Source of the DNA: Eubacteriales bacterium
Lineage (GTDB): Bacteria > Bacillota > Clostridia > Oscillospirales > CAG-272
Direction: 5' to 3'
NCBI GenBank assembly: GCA_045656885.1
Contig: JAZORZ010000042.1
Span: 6,973 to 70,972, forward strand
DNA: 64,000 nt
Every line of letters starts with the position of its first letter. The stretch's first letter is position 1. Under the pieces are notes generated by a model that made no database searches, was not told the origin of the DNA, and saw nothing but the letters and a program-made list of their open reading frames with translations. Shown piece after piece: positions 1 to 11,043 of the stretch. Position numbers and translations under genes: made by a program.

Positions 1-87
1 GAGGGTGAGATCGTAGAGGTCTTTCAAAAGGGCTACTGCAAGGGTGACAAGGTCATCCGCTATGCGATGGTTAAGGTTGCAAACTGA
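1..87 (+). CDS. grpE: GrpE nucleotide exchange factor, C-terminal fragment (enters from left edge)
   Basis: The frame is open from nt 1 to TGA at 85-87. It translates as EGEIVEVFQKGYCKGDKVIRYAMVKVAN, typical of the GrpE C-terminal beta-domain, and lies directly upstream of dnaK. Confidence 0.6.
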   Translation, partial: EGEIVEVFQKGYCKGDKVIRYAMVKVAN

Positions 88-140
88 CGTCGCACGTAAC
101 TTGTTAAACATTACTTTTATATAACTGGAGGAAATTTATT

Positions 141-1964
141 ATGGGAAAAATCATTGGTATTGACTTGGGCACAACCAACTCTTGTGTAGCAGTTTACGAG
201 GGCGCAGAGCCCATCGTTATCCCCAATCCCGAGGGAGCAAGAACCACCCCTTCCGTTGTGGCATTTTCCAAAACGGGCGAGAGAATGGTAGGACAGGTCG
301 CAAAGAGACAGGCAATTACAAACCCCGACCGCACCATCATCTCCATTAAACGTGAGATGGGTACGGGCTTTAAGAAGGAAATCGACGGCAAAAACTATAC
401 TCCTCAGGAGTTTTCCGCAATGATTCTGCAAAAGCTGAAGGCTGATGCAGAGAGCTATCTCGGCACTACCGTAAATCAAGCGGTTATCACCGTTCCCGCA
501 TACTTCTCCGACGCACAGCGTCAGGCAACCAAGGATGCAGGTAAGATCGCAGGTCTTGAGGTTCTGCGTATCATCAACGAGCCCACCGCAGCAGCACTTG
601 CTTACGGCATGGATAAGGAAGCCAACCAAAAGATCATGGTATTCGACCTTGGCGGCGGCACCTTCGACGTATCCATTTTGGAAATCTCCGACGGCGTATT
701 CGAGGTTCTTGCAACCAACGGCGATACTCGCCTCGGCGGTGACGATTTCGACCAACGTATCATCGATTGGATGGCAGATCAGTTCCAAAGAGAAAACGGC
801 GTAGACCTTCGCCGCGACAAGATGGTTCTGCAAAGACTGCGTGACGCAGCAGAGAAGGCAAAGATCGAGCTTTCCGGCATGACCTCTACCTCTATCAACC
901 TGCCTTTCATTACTGCAACCGCTGCAGGTCCTCTCCACTTCGAAGCAACTCTCTCCCGCGCGGAGTTCGAGAGAATCACCGCAGATCTCGTTGAGAGAAG
1001 CATCGTTCCCACAAAGAAGGCACTCGCAGATGCAGGCCTCTCTGTAAACCAAATCGATAAGGTGCTCCTCGTTGGCGGTTCTACCAGAATTCCCGCAGTA
1101 CAAGAGGCAGTTAAAAAGTTCATCGGCAAGGATCCCTTCAAGGGCATCAACCCCGATGAGTGCGTAGCAATCGGTGCTGCAATCCAAGGCGGCGTTCTTG
1201 GCGGCGAGGTTAAGGATCTGCTCCTTCTCGACGTAACACCTCTGTCTCTCGGTATCGAGACACTCGGCGGCGTATTCAACCGCATCATCGACCGTAACAC
1301 TACCATTCCCGTAAAGAAGAGCCAAGTTTACTCCACCGCCGCTGACGGTCAAACCTCTGTTGAGATCCACGTTCTGCAGGGCGAGCGCGAAATGGCTGCT
1401 AACAACACTACTCTCGGCCGCTTCATTCTTGACGGTATCACTCCCGCACCTCGCGGCATTCCCCAAATCGAGGTTACCTTTGATATCGACGCCAACGGCA
1501 TCGTAAACGTAACCGCAAAGGATAAGGGCACCGGCAAGGAACAGCACATCACCATCACGTCTTCCACCAACATGAGCAAGGAAGACATCGACAGAGCTGT
1601 TAAGGACGCCGAAAGATTTGCAGAGGAAGACAAGAAAGCACGCGAAGCGGTTGACGTTAAGAACCGCGCTGAGAGTATCATCTTCCAAAGCGAAAAGACG
1701 CTTACCGAGCTTGGCGACAAGGCAGATCCCGCAGACGTTGAAACCGTAAAGGCCGCAATCGAAAAGCTCAAGGAAACCCTGAAGGGCGGCGACGTTGAAG
1801 CGATCAAGGCAGATACCGAGGCAGTTGAAAAGTCCTTCTATAAGATCTCCGAAAAGCTCTATCAGCAAGCAGGCGCACAGGGTGCTGATCCCAATGCACA
1901 GGCAGGCACCGACGGTGACGGCACCTACTACAACGCAAACTACGAGGATAACTCCAACAACTAA
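141..1964 (+). CDS. dnaK: Molecular chaperone DnaK (Hsp70)
   Basis: 607 aa with [17 protein letters not shown] and VGGSTRIP Hsp70 signatures. A GGAGG RBS lies upstream. Confidence 0.98.
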   Translation: MGKIIGIDLGTTNSCVAVYEGAEPIVIPNPEGARTTPSVVAFSKTGERMVGQVAKRQAITNPDRTIISIKREMGTGFKKEIDGKNYTPQEFSAMILQKLKADAESYLGTTVNQAVITVPAYFSDAQRQATKDAGKIAGLEVLRIINEPTAAALAYGMDKEANQKIMVFDLGGGTFDVSILEISDGVFEVLATNGDTRLGGDDFDQRIIDWMADQFQRENGVDLRRDKMVLQRLRDAAEKAKIELSGMTSTSINLPFITATAAGPLHFEATLSRAEFERITADLVERSIVPTKKALADAGLSVNQIDKVLLVGGSTRIPAVQEAVKKFIGKDPFKGINPDECVAIGAAIQGGVLGGEVKDLLLLDVTPLSLGIETLGGVFNRIIDRNTTIPVKKSQVYSTAADGQTSVEIHVLQGEREMAANNTTLGRFILDGITPAPRGIPQIEVTFDIDANGIVNVTAKDKGTGKEQHITITSSTNMSKEDIDRAVKDAERFAEEDKKAREAVDVKNRAESIIFQSEKTLTELGDKADPADVETVKAAIEKLKETLKGGDVEAIKADTEAVEKSFYKISEKLYQQAGAQGADPNAQAGTDGDGTYYNANYEDNSNN

Positions 1965-1985
1965 TCATCAATCACTATCTTTACC

Positions 1986-2067
1986 GGGAAAGGCGCAGCC
2001 GCGCCTTTCCCGTTGGGTGTATTTTGCTTTTCCGTGTTCATTTACCAAAGTGAATAGGGAAAAGCAA
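1986..2067 (+). terminator. Two strong hairpins in the dnaK-dnaJ spacer (attenuator/partial terminator)
   Basis: There is an 11-bp perfect stem, gggaaaggcgc/gcgcctttccc (1986-2011), followed by a T-rich tract. A second 10-bp stem, ttgcttttcc/ggaaaagcaa (2024-2067), lies just before the dnaJ RBS. Confidence 0.55.
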
Positions 2068-2092
2068 GATACAAAAAACGGAAAGGATACCT

Positions 2093-3271
2093 ATGGCAAA
2101 CAAAAGAGACTATTACGAGGTTCTGGGCGTTGATAAAAACGCCGACGAGAGCACGATCAAAAAAGCATATTATAAAATGGCTAAGCAGTATCACCCCGAC
2201 ACCAACCCCGGTGATAAGGTGGCCGAGGAAAAATTCAAGGAAGCAAACGAGGCATACGAGGTCCTCTCCGATGCGACCAAAAAAGCCAAATACGACCAAT
2301 ACGGTCACGCGGCATTCGATCCGTCAATGGGCGGCGGTGACGGCTTTGGCGGCTTTGGTGGCTTTAGCGGCGGATTTTCGGATTTTGGCGACCTTGGTGA
2401 CATTCTTGGCAGTATGTTCGGCGGCGGCTTTGGCGGTGGCAGTAACACGCGCCGCCGCAACGGACCCATTCAGGGTGACGATATCGCTACTTCCATTTAT
2501 ATTGACTTTGAAGAAGCCGTTTTCGGCGTGAAAAAGGATGTTTCTTACAACCGCATCTGCCGTTGTAACGATTGCCAAGGTACAGGTGCCAGTGAGGGCA
2601 GCCGCGGTGTAGAGACCTGCTCGATCTGTCAGGGCCGCGGACAAGTCAGCCGCGTGCAACGCATGGGCGGCATGTCCTTCCAATCCACCGCCCCCTGTGA
2701 AAACTGCCGCGGAACGGGTAAGATCATCAAAAATCCTTGCTCCAAATGTCGCGGAACGGGTATGACCAAGGAGAGCAAGCGTCTCTCCGTTTCGGTTCCC
2801 GCAGGTATCGATAACGGCGAGCGCATCGCACTGCGCGGGCAGGGCAATGACGGTCGCAACGGCGGTCCCGCAGGTGATCTGATCATCACAGTTGCCGTTC
2901 GTTCGCACAACGTTTTCGAGCGTGACGGCTACAACGTATATTGTGAGGTTCCTCTCACGGTTGCCGAAGCAACGCTCGGTGCCGAGATCGATGTTCCCAC
3001 ACTCGAGGGGAACATTAAGCATACCATTCCCGAGGGAACACAACCCGGCACCAAGTTCACCATGCGTGGCAAGGGTGTGCCTTACGTCAACGGAAACGGC
3101 CGCCGCGGAGACCTGATCTTCCGCACCGTTGTTGAAATTCCGCGTGGGCTCAACGAAAAGCAAAAGGCGGCAATGCGAGAGTTTGCCGAGAGCTGCGGCG
3201 AGAGCAACTACGCAAAACATAAGCAGTTTTTCAAAAAGATCTTTGGTAAGGATAAGGACAAGGAAAAATGA
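2093..3271 (+). CDS. dnaJ: Co-chaperone DnaJ
   Basis: Contains a J-domain with HPD (YHPDTNPG), a Gly/Phe-rich linker and four CxxCxGxG zinc motifs. Confidence 0.97.
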   Translation: MANKRDYYEVLGVDKNADESTIKKAYYKMAKQYHPDTNPGDKVAEEKFKEANEAYEVLSDATKKAKYDQYGHAAFDPSMGGGDGFGGFGGFSGGFSDFGDLGDILGSMFGGGFGGGSNTRRRNGPIQGDDIATSIYIDFEEAVFGVKKDVSYNRICRCNDCQGTGASEGSRGVETCSICQGRGQVSRVQRMGGMSFQSTAPCENCRGTGKIIKNPCSKCRGTGMTKESKRLSVSVPAGIDNGERIALRGQGNDGRNGGPAGDLIITVAVRSHNVFERDGYNVYCEVPLTVAEATLGAEIDVPTLEGNIKHTIPEGTQPGTKFTMRGKGVPYVNGNGRRGDLIFRTVVEIPRGLNEKQKAAMREFAESCGESNYAKHKQFFKKIFGKDKDKEK

Positions 3272-4224
3272 TAGATCAAGATTACGTATGCGGTGACTAC
3301 GGCACCGAAACCGAATGGACACAGGTAAAGGTTACCGTTAAACTGGAACGCCTTGACGATCTGGTAGCCATTATGAGCATGGTCTCCAACAATTTGCAAA
3401 TTGAAGATTACAGCGATATCGACCTCAAAACCTGCTACGGTGACCTCATCGACGAGAGCATTCTCAATGCCGATAAGACCATTGCATCGGTTTCGGTCTA
3501 TCTGCCCGCCGAGAGAAGCGTTGCCGAGTGCATCGCGTTCCTAAAAGAGCGATTTGCAGATGCTGACCTTGCCGATGCCAAGCTTGAATTGGTTGGCGTC
3601 AACGAAGAGGACTGGGCAAATTCCTGGAAGGCGTATTATAAGCCGATTAAGATCGGTGAGCGCCTTGTGATCGTTCCCGCGTGGGAAAAATACACGCCTG
3701 CCGAGGGCGAGCTGATTGTGCGTATGGACCCCGGAATGGCGTTCGGTACGGGTACGCACGAGACCACACGGCTCGTTATCAAGCTGCTTGAAGCATACAC
3801 AAAGCCCGGCTGCAGAATGCTTGACGTAGGCACGGGAAGCGGTATTTTGGCTATCTGTGCATCTAAATTGGGAGCAGGGGAGTGCCGCGCATACGACATC
3901 GACCCCATGGCAGTTCGTGTTGCAAATGAGAACATCAAAGATAGCGGACTGCAAAACATCACTTGTGAGGTTTCCGACCTTTTGCGTCAAGTTGATAAAA
4001 GCCGCCCCTATGACCTCATTTGCGCCAATATCGTTGCCGATATCATCATTCGTATGACTCCCGATGTAGGCGAATTGATGCACAAGGATACTGTTCTTTT
4101 GGCATCGGGCATCATTCTTGAGCGGAGCCAAGACGTTGTCGAATGCTTCGAGCAACACGGTTTTCGCATTGTTGAACGTTTGGAAGAGAATGGCTGGTGC
4201 GGACTCGCGGTTATGAAGGCATAA
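3268..4224 (+). CDS. prmA: Ribosomal protein L11 methyltransferase
   Basis: Its ATG overlaps the dnaJ stop (ATGA). It has the SAM-binding motif [10 protein letters not shown] and the conserved position after dnaJ. Confidence 0.9.
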   Translation: MIDQDYVCGDYGTETEWTQVKVTVKLERLDDLVAIMSMVSNNLQIEDYSDIDLKTCYGDLIDESILNADKTIASVSVYLPAERSVAECIAFLKERFADADLADAKLELVGVNEEDWANSWKAYYKPIKIGERLVIVPAWEKYTPAEGELIVRMDPGMAFGTGTHETTRLVIKLLEAYTKPGCRMLDVGTGSGILAICASKLGAGECRAYDIDPMAVRVANENIKDSGLQNITCEVSDLLRQVDKSRPYDLICANIVADIIIRMTPDVGELMHKDTVLLASGIILERSQDVVECFEQHGFRIVERLEENGWCGLAVMKA

Positions 4225-4235
4225 ACCGTTCAAAA

Positions 4236-4268
4236 AGAGAGCATTTGCAACAAATGCTCTCTTTTTTC
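4236..4268 (+). terminator. Rho-independent terminator after prmA
   Basis: 12-bp stem agagagcatttg/caaatgctctct followed by TTTTTT. Confidence 0.8.
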
Positions 4269-4331
4269 TTTCAAACGGGAACAAATTTATAAAAAAACAA
4301 GAAAAAAACGCCGATTTTTCCAAAAAAGGTG

Positions 4332-4360
4332 TTTACAAATGCGCCGTTTTGTAGTACAAT
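4332..4360 (+). promoter_or_regulatory. Sigma-A-type promoter for pyrH operon
   Basis: TTTACA - 17 bp - TACAAT. Confidence 0.6.
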
Positions 4361-4405
4361 ATAAGGGAATATAAGTATATATTAAAAGCAAGGAGTCGTG
4401 TCAGT

Positions 4406-5116
4406 ATGAAAAAGCCGAAATATCAACGCATATTGCTCAAGCTTTCCGGAGAGGCACTGTCAGGTGGACAGGATGGCATTCTCAATTTTGATTTCATCAA
4501 GGTCGTAGCCGCGCAAATCAAGCGCTGTCTCGATGCGGGCGTTCAGGTTGCCGTTATTGTAGGTGCGGGCAACATCTGGCGTGGCAGACAGGGAACCGGT
4601 ATGGATCAATGCCGTGCCGATCACATGGGTATGCTTGCCACCGTTGTCAATTCACTCGCTCTCGAGGACGTTTTCTTGCGTGAGGGAATCAAGGCGCGCG
4701 TAATGACCTCTGTTGAAATGAAAGCGTTTGCCGATACCTACACCTCTCGCGATGCTATCAAAGCACTACAGACCGGTGAGGTCGTTATTTTCGGCGGCGG
4801 ACTTGGTATTCCGTTCTTCTCTACCGACACAGCAGCTGCTCTGCGCGCTGCTGAGATCAAGGCAGATTGCATTCTGTTCTCCAAGAACATCGATGCCATT
4901 TACAGTGCAGATCCCAAAAAGGATCCCAACGCGGTTCGCTATACCGACCTGACCTATGCGGAGATCCTTGATAAAAATTTGCGTGCACTCGATTTGTCGG
5001 CAGCCACCATCTGCATGGATAACAACATCTCGGGCTACGCATTTGGTCTTGCCGATCCCGAAAACATCTACCGCGTGGTTATGGGCGAGCCCGTAGGCAC
5101 GGCGATCCACAACTGA
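4406..5116 (+). CDS. pyrH: UMP kinase
   Basis: 236 aa with the KLSGEAL N-terminal motif and GGGLGIPFFSTD. An AGGAG RBS is present. Confidence 0.95.
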   Translation: MKKPKYQRILLKLSGEALSGGQDGILNFDFIKVVAAQIKRCLDAGVQVAVIVGAGNIWRGRQGTGMDQCRADHMGMLATVVNSLALEDVFLREGIKARVMTSVEMKAFADTYTSRDAIKALQTGEVVIFGGGLGIPFFSTDTAAALRAAEIKADCILFSKNIDAIYSADPKKDPNAVRYTDLTYAEILDKNLRALDLSAATICMDNNISGYAFGLADPENIYRVVMGEPVGTAIHN

Positions 5117-5153
5117 AAAACATAAGATTTTACATAGAAAGGACTTAACGAAT

Positions 5154-5708
5154 ATGAAATTCAACACCAAGCCCACCGAAGAAAGAATGCAAAAGAGCAT
5201 TGATGTTTACGAAAACAATCTTTCCACTATCCGCGCAAGCCAAGCAAACGGCGCAATCGTTTCCAAGGTTACCTTCGACTACTACGGAGCGCAAACCCGC
5301 CTCGTTGATATGGCAAGCGTTGCGGTTACCGACCCCAAAACACTCACCATCACCCCCTACGACCGCTCCACTCTCAAGGCAATGGTTAAGGCAATTCAAG
5401 CATCTGACATCGGTATCAACCCCGCCGATGACGGCAGCGTTATTCGCCTTGTTTTCCCGCCTCTCACCGAGGAGCGCCGTAAGACCTTGGCAAAGCAGAT
5501 TCAAAAAATGGGTGAGGAAGCTCGCGTTGCTATCCGTAACATCCGTCGCGATGCCAACGACGAGATCAAAAAGCAAAAGAAGGACGGCCTTTTGACCGAG
5601 GATGAGCAAAAGGCAGGCGAAAAGTCCGTTCAGGATATTACCGACCGCTTTATCAAACAGGTTGACGATATCACGTCCAAGAAAGAAAAGGAAATCATGA
5701 AGATTTGA
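5154..5708 (+). CDS. frr: Ribosome recycling factor
   Basis: 184 aa. It shows the typical Frr pattern (RASQANGAIVSKV..., RNIRRDANDEIKK) and follows pyrH. Confidence 0.95.
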   Translation: MKFNTKPTEERMQKSIDVYENNLSTIRASQANGAIVSKVTFDYYGAQTRLVDMASVAVTDPKTLTITPYDRSTLKAMVKAIQASDIGINPADDGSVIRLVFPPLTEERRKTLAKQIQKMGEEARVAIRNIRRDANDEIKKQKKDGLLTEDEQKAGEKSVQDITDRFIKQVDDITSKKEKEIMKI

Positions 5709-5714
5709 TCAGTA

Positions 5715-5757
5715 CAAGGGGTGTGACAGCAATTTTTGTTGTCAGTCACACCCCTTG
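5715..5757 (+). other. Strong hairpin after frr without a U-tract
   Basis: 13-bp stem caaggggtgtgac/gtcacaccccttg with no T-run afterwards. It may be a processing, stability or weak attenuation element. Confidence 0.4.
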
Positions 5758-5779
5758 CTGTTCATCAATGAGGTAAGCA

Positions 5780-6502
5780 ATGGCACTCAAAAAAGAGAAA
5801 AAGGGCATAGGGCGCACCACAGTTGACGAGCGTTTGGCTCATATCGCGTTCATTATGGACGGCAACGGGCGCTGGGCGCAAAAAAGAGGAATGCCGCGTA
5901 AGTATGGGCACTCGGTGGGAGCCGAGACCTTTCGTCGCGTAGCGGAGCATTGCCGCAAGCTTGGCATTCGCTATATGACGGTTTATGCCTTTTCTACCGA
6001 GAACTGGAAAAGACCGCCCGAGGAAGTGCGCGCCATTATGGACATTTTGGAGAACTATATCGATAAGTTCTCGTCTATGACCGAAAAGGAGAATGTTCAC
6101 CTTCGATTTGTGGGCAATCTTTCCGTGTTCTCGCTTGAATTGCGCGAAAAGATGGAAAAGATCGACCGCGAAACTGCCCATCACCCGTTTCATCTCAACA
6201 TTGCCATCAACTATGGCGGCAGAGAAGAGCTTGTGCACGTCTGCACCGAGCTTATCCGCCAAGGCAAGAGCGATATTACCGAGGCAGACATTGCTGCTCA
6301 CCTCTATACCGCGGGTTGTCCCGACCCCGACTTGATTGTGCGCACAGGTGGAGACACGCGCACCTCTAATTTTTTGCTGTGGCAGTCTGCCTATGCGGAG
6401 TACTGCTTTACAAACGTTCTCTGGCCCGATTTCGGGGAGAGTGACGTCGATGCGGCAGTTACTGCATTCTACACAAGGCACCGTCGCTTTGGCGGTGTTT
6501 GA
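5780..6502 (+). CDS. uppS: Undecaprenyl diphosphate synthase (cis-prenyltransferase)
   Basis: Contains the motifs AFIMDGNGRWA and RTGGDTRTSNFLLWQSAYAE. Confidence 0.95.
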   Translation: MALKKEKKGIGRTTVDERLAHIAFIMDGNGRWAQKRGMPRKYGHSVGAETFRRVAEHCRKLGIRYMTVYAFSTENWKRPPEEVRAIMDILENYIDKFSSMTEKENVHLRFVGNLSVFSLELREKMEKIDRETAHHPFHLNIAINYGGREELVHVCTELIRQGKSDITEADIAAHLYTAGCPDPDLIVRTGGDTRTSNFLLWQSAYAEYCFTNVLWPDFGESDVDAAVTAFYTRHRRFGGV

Positions 6503-6520
6503 TTCCCAAGGAGGACCCCT

Positions 6521-7387
6521 ATGAAGCAACGTATCATAACGGGAGTTATTGTGATTTTGATCATGATTCCCATTCTGTTATTTGCGCAAACGCCCGTTTT
6601 GCCCATTGCCATTGCAATCGGTTCTGTGATTGCAATGTTTGAGATCATGCGCTGTATCGGAATGCACAAGGCGTATGCCTTCGCCGTTCCGCTCTACGTG
6701 CTTGCGGCAAGTGTGCCGTTTCTTTCGCGCTTTATGGCGCTTGGCTCACTCAATGCAAACGTAAAGCCCGAGTCTGCAAAGCATTTGGCACAGTACGGCG
6801 CCATTTTGATGATCACCATTCTGTTCTACTTTTTCACGGTAGCCATTTTCTCGCACGGCAAGTATAACATTGCAGATGTAAGCGTGCTCTTTGCCACCGC
6901 ATTTTACATCTTGATGGGCTTTAACTCGATTATTATTATGCATGATAACGAGGAGGGCGGACACGTTTTGTATCTTGCTATCTTTATCAGTGCATGGATC
7001 ACCGACGTATTTGCTTATTTTTGCGGAATGCTGTTTGGCAAGGGCGGCAAGCATAAGCTCATTCCCGATGTGTCTCCCAAAAAGACGGTTGAAGGCAGCA
7101 TCGGTGGCATTGTTTTCTGTATTGTCAGTATGGTGATATTCGGTATGTTCTGTAACTGGTTGACCGAATACGATTCCAACATTTTCATGTTTGCAATAGG
7201 CGGCATTCTGGCATCTATCGTTTCGCAAATCGGTGATCTTTTGATGTCCTATGTCAAGCGTCACTACGGCATCAAGGATTTCAGCCAGCTCTTTCCGGGG
7301 CATGGCGGTGTTCTCGACCGCTTCGACTCCATTCTTGCGGTTGCCATTGCAATGATGTGTCTGACCACCTTTGTGGACTTCTTTTGA
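6521..7387 (+). CDS. cdsA: Phosphatidate cytidylyltransferase
   Basis: A multi-TM protein with the C-terminal CDS signature KRHYGIKDFSQLFPGHGGVLDRFDS. Confidence 0.9.
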   Translation: MKQRIITGVIVILIMIPILLFAQTPVLPIAIAIGSVIAMFEIMRCIGMHKAYAFAVPLYVLAASVPFLSRFMALGSLNANVKPESAKHLAQYGAILMITILFYFFTVAIFSHGKYNIADVSVLFATAFYILMGFNSIIIMHDNEEGGHVLYLAIFISAWITDVFAYFCGMLFGKGGKHKLIPDVSPKKTVEGSIGGIVFCIVSMVIFGMFCNWLTEYDSNIFMFAIGGILASIVSQIGDLLMSYVKRHYGIKDFSQLFPGHGGVLDRFDSILAVAIAMMCLTTFVDFF

Positions 7388-7395
7388 GGTGGCTT

Positions 7396-8577
7396 ATGAA
7401 TGATGTAACCTATCCGTCCATTTCTATTCTCGGTTCAACCGGCTCGGTAGGCAGGCAGGCGATCGACCTTGCCATGCAAAACGGCATTCGCGTCAACTGC
7501 CTATCTGCACACCGCAACGTTGACCTTATCGAGCGCCAAGCGCGTGCTCTGTGCGTAAATGCTTGCGCCATGGCAGACCGCGATGCCGCCAAGGAGCTCA
7601 AACGCCGCTTGTTTGGCACCAACATCGAGGTTTACGTCGGCAGTGACGGTATATGCGAAATGGCATCTCAAAAATACGGCGGCCGCGAGATCGTGCTCAA
7701 TGCCATTATTGGCGCATCGGGCTTACGCCCCACGTTGGCGGTTTTGGGTGCGGGCAAAAAGCTTGCCCTTGCCAACAAGGAATCCCTCGTTTGTGCTGGC
7801 GACTTCGTCATGCAGCTTGCCGAGGGCAAAAAAACACAAATTCTGCCTGTCGATAGCGAGCACTGTGCCATTTTTCAGTGCCTCAGAGCGGGGAAGAAGG
7901 AGGAAGTCAAACGCCTGCTCCTGACCGCGTCGGGCGGACCCTTTTACGGTATGACGCGCGAACAGCTTGCCGACGTTACCCCCGAGCGCGCATTGGCACA
8001 TCCCACCTGGGATATGGGCGCTAAAATCACCATCGACAGTGCGACCCTGATGAACAAGGGCTTTGAGGTTATCGAGGCCGTTCATCTTTTTGGTGTTGCA
8101 CCCGAGCAAGTCGAGGTGCTCGTTCACCGCGAGAGCATAATGCATTCGGCGGTGGAATATATTGATAACAGCGTCATCGCGCAAATGTCGGTGCCCGATA
8201 TGCGCCATTGCGTGCAGTATGCACTCACGCATCCCGCGCGACAGACGGCAAACATCGAACCCTTGGATTTCACCAAGGTTGCATCAATGTCCTTTGCAAA
8301 GCCCGATACCGATACCTTTGTGCTCCTTGCCCTGGCCAAAGAGGCCATTCACCGCGGCGGAGCATACCCCGCGATTCTCAATGCGGCAAACGAGGTCGCA
8401 GTTGCGGCATTTTTGGAGAAGAAGCTCAGCTTTACCGGTATTTTTGACGTTGTAACCGATACCTTTGAAGCGATCTCCGATGCCCGCCGCATCTGGTCGG
8501 TCGACGATATTTTTGCCTTTGACGGCGCCGCACGCTCTTTGGCAAACGAATTTTTGGAAAAGAGAAGCAATCTCTGA
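7396..8577 (+). CDS. dxr: 1-deoxy-D-xylulose 5-phosphate reductoisomerase
   Basis: Contains ILGSTGSVG (NADPH-binding), LANKESLV and DSEH motifs. The start was moved to the ATG at 7396, which lies behind GAGGTGG; the track ORF starts at 7357, inside cdsA. Confidence 0.94.
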   Translation: MNDVTYPSISILGSTGSVGRQAIDLAMQNGIRVNCLSAHRNVDLIERQARALCVNACAMADRDAAKELKRRLFGTNIEVYVGSDGICEMASQKYGGREIVLNAIIGASGLRPTLAVLGAGKKLALANKESLVCAGDFVMQLAEGKKTQILPVDSEHCAIFQCLRAGKKEEVKRLLLTASGGPFYGMTREQLADVTPERALAHPTWDMGAKITIDSATLMNKGFEVIEAVHLFGVAPEQVEVLVHRESIMHSAVEYIDNSVIAQMSVPDMRHCVQYALTHPARQTANIEPLDFTKVASMSFAKPDTDTFVLLALAKEAIHRGGAYPAILNAANEVAVAAFLEKKLSFTGIFDVVTDTFEAISDARRIWSVDDIFAFDGAARSLANEFLEKRSNL

Positions 8578-8595
8578 TTTTTGGAGGAACCATAA

Positions 8596-9957
8596 TTGAA
8601 CCCTTTGTCTATTCTTTACGCAATACTCATTTTCGGACTTTTGATCTTTATTCACGAGCTCGGTCACTTCATCGTCGCGCGTTTGTGCGGCGTTAAGGTG
8701 CTGGAGTTCGCTATTGGCATGGGTCCCAAGCTTTTCTCTTGGAAAGGGAAAAAGCGGGGAACCGTGTATTCCTTGCGCCTGCTCCCCTTGGGCGGCTTTG
8801 TCAATATGCTTGGCGAAAACGGCATGGAGGCCGTGCAAGGTGAAAACGGAATGAATGAGAAGGCGGAAACCGTGGAGCTCTCAGAGCTTTCCCCCGAGAT
8901 TCAAAAGCAGGCATACTGCAACCAAAGCGTTTGGAAACGCATTCTGATCTCTATTGCAGGACCTGCCATGAACATCATTCTCGGCATTCTCTTAATGCTT
9001 GTTATGGTGCTTGTGCAAGGGCAGGATGCTGCCGCTACTACTGTTGTTGCAGGATTCCACGTGCAATACACCGCCGAGGAAGCGCAATACGGCTTTGAAC
9101 CCAATGATTATGTTTATGCTTATGCGGTTAACGTAAAAGATGAAAATGGTGAAATCAAGGCAAATCGCGTCCATTCATATGCGCAATTTGAGCAAATCGT
9201 TAAGGACGCTAACGGTGAAAAAATCGTTGTTGTCGTTCAGCGTATCAACGATGCGCGCACCGAGTACGAATTCGTTAATATTCCCGTAGAACTTACCGAA
9301 GCAGATCTTAAGCTTTTTACAGGTTCCTTGAGTGAGAACTGCGGCTTGCAGATTGAGGACGAGGTGCTTAAGGTCAATTCCACCCGTGTCCACACCTATG
9401 ATGAGCTCAGCTACGAAATTATGAATCAGGGCTACAAGCCCATGACCTTGACCGTTTTGCGCGGCGGCGAAAAGATCGTGCTTGAGGATGTTGTTGTGCC
9501 TTCCTACGAGAGCCAGGGCATCGTTTTTGGCAATATGGACTTTTTGATCTATCGCGAGGCAGAATTCAATTTTGTAACGGTCATCAAGCATACCTGGTTC
9601 CGCTCGCTCTCCAACGTAAAAATGGTTTACGATTCGCTCTTCGGTCTTTTCTCAGGACGTTACGGTGTTGATGCCGTTTCGGGCCCCGTAGGCATTACAA
9701 AGGTGGTAGGGCAGGCGGCAGAATACGGCTTTATCCCCGTTTTGAATCTTGTTGTCATCATTTCCATCAACTTGGGCGTGATGAATTTGTTGCCCATTCC
9801 CGCACTTGATGGCGGACACCTCTTTATCTACCTGATCGAAATCGTGCGCCGCAAGCCGATGAAGCGTGAGCTTGAAGGCATTATCAACCTTGTTGGTCTT
9901 GTTTTAATGCTTGCCTTGGCTGTGCTGGTTGCTATTAAGGATATTATCGCATTATGA
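8596..9957 (+). CDS. rseP: RIP (site-2) zinc metalloprotease RseP/RasP family
   Basis: Has HELGH in the first TM helix, a central PDZ-like region and C-terminal NLLPIPALDGG. It uses a TTG start behind a GGAGG RBS. Confidence 0.88.
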   Translation: MNPLSILYAILIFGLLIFIHELGHFIVARLCGVKVLEFAIGMGPKLFSWKGKKRGTVYSLRLLPLGGFVNMLGENGMEAVQGENGMNEKAETVELSELSPEIQKQAYCNQSVWKRILISIAGPAMNIILGILLMLVMVLVQGQDAAATTVVAGFHVQYTAEEAQYGFEPNDYVYAYAVNVKDENGEIKANRVHSYAQFEQIVKDANGEKIVVVVQRINDARTEYEFVNIPVELTEADLKLFTGSLSENCGLQIEDEVLKVNSTRVHTYDELSYEIMNQGYKPMTLTVLRGGEKIVLEDVVVPSYESQGIVFGNMDFLIYREAEFNFVTVIKHTWFRSLSNVKMVYDSLFGLFSGRYGVDAVSGPVGITKVVGQAAEYGFIPVLNLVVIISINLGVMNLLPIPALDGGHLFIYLIEIVRRKPMKRELEGIINLVGLVLMLALAVLVAIKDIIAL

Positions 9958-11042
9958 GATATAACGATATCAGAAGAAAAACAAGAAGCGTTGCAGTGGG
10001 GCAGTGTCGCATTGGCGCACGTGCTCCCATTGCCATACAATCTATGACCAATACACCCACCGCCGACGCGGACCGCACCTTGGATCAGGTGCGCAAGCTT
10101 GAGCGCGCAGGGTGTGATATTGTGCGCCTTTCAGTTCCCACCGAGGAGGCGGCATATACCGTTTGGAAGCTCAAGGAGAGCGGTATTCAAATTCCCATTG
10201 TGGCCGATATTCATTTCGACTACCGCATCGCCTTGCGCTGTGCCGAGCTGGGCTTTGATAAGATCCGCATCAACCCCGGAAACATTGGCGACGAGGATCG
10301 CATCAAAGCAGTTTGTGATGCCTGCCGCGAGCGACACATTCCCATTCGCGTAGGCGTCAATGCGGGCTCACTTGAGAGGCACATTCTCAAAAAATACGGT
10401 TCTCCCACGCCCGAGGCGCTTTGCGAGAGCGCACTGTATCATATTGCTCTGCTCGAAAAATTCGGCTTTTACGATACGGTCATTTCCATTAAGGCATCAA
10501 CTGTTAAGGATATGATCGATGCTAACCGCCTTATTGCCGCCAAGTGTGACTACCCCTTGCACCTTGGTGTTACCGAGGCAGGTGGCGGCGAACGCGGACT
10601 GCTCAAAAGCACCGCGGGCATTGGCGCACTCCTTTGCGATGGCATTGGAGATACCATTCGCGTATCTCTGACCGATGACCCCATTCACGAAATTTCCGCC
10701 GCACGCAAAATTTTGCAAGCGATCGAAATAGAAGGGCAGAGCGGCTTGGATATTGTCAGCTGTCCCACCTGTGCACGCACCGAAATCGACCTCATTCCGC
10801 TTGTTAAGCGCTTTGAAGCGGCAGTAGCTGCCGAAGGTCTTGATAGCGTTCCCGTTAAAGTTGCTTTGATGGGCTGTGTTGTCAACGGACCGGGTGAGGC
10901 GCGCGAGGCGGATATCGGTATTGCCGGTGGCAAGGGCGAGGCAGTTTTGTTCCGCCACGGTGAAATTGTAGAAAAAATTCCCGAGAGGGATATTGTAGAA
11001 AGACTTTTGCGCGAGGTTCGCGCCATAAAGGAACGTAAGTAA
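9954..11042 (+). CDS. ispG: 4-hydroxy-3-methylbut-2-enyl diphosphate synthase
   Basis: The start overlaps the rseP stop (ATGA). Fe-S cysteine ligands are present (SCPTCAR, GCVVNGPGE). Confidence 0.95.
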   Translation: MRYNDIRRKTRSVAVGQCRIGARAPIAIQSMTNTPTADADRTLDQVRKLERAGCDIVRLSVPTEEAAYTVWKLKESGIQIPIVADIHFDYRIALRCAELGFDKIRINPGNIGDEDRIKAVCDACRERHIPIRVGVNAGSLERHILKKYGSPTPEALCESALYHIALLEKFGFYDTVISIKASTVKDMIDANRLIAAKCDYPLHLGVTEAGGGERGLLKSTAGIGALLCDGIGDTIRVSLTDDPIHEISAARKILQAIEIEGQSGLDIVSCPTCARTEIDLIPLVKRFEAAVAAEGLDSVPVKVALMGCVVNGPGEAREADIGIAGGKGEAVLFRHGEIVEKIPERDIVERLLREVRAIKERK

Positions 11043-11043
11043 A

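Noticed and set aside
117-1868. 583-aa ORF antisense to dnaK
   Set aside because: This is a shadow frame of a strongly conserved, codon-biased gene. Its translation is low-complexity, Cys/Leu/Val-rich junk, and it has no RBS or promoter. Long antisense ORFs in hsp70 genes are a well-known artefact.
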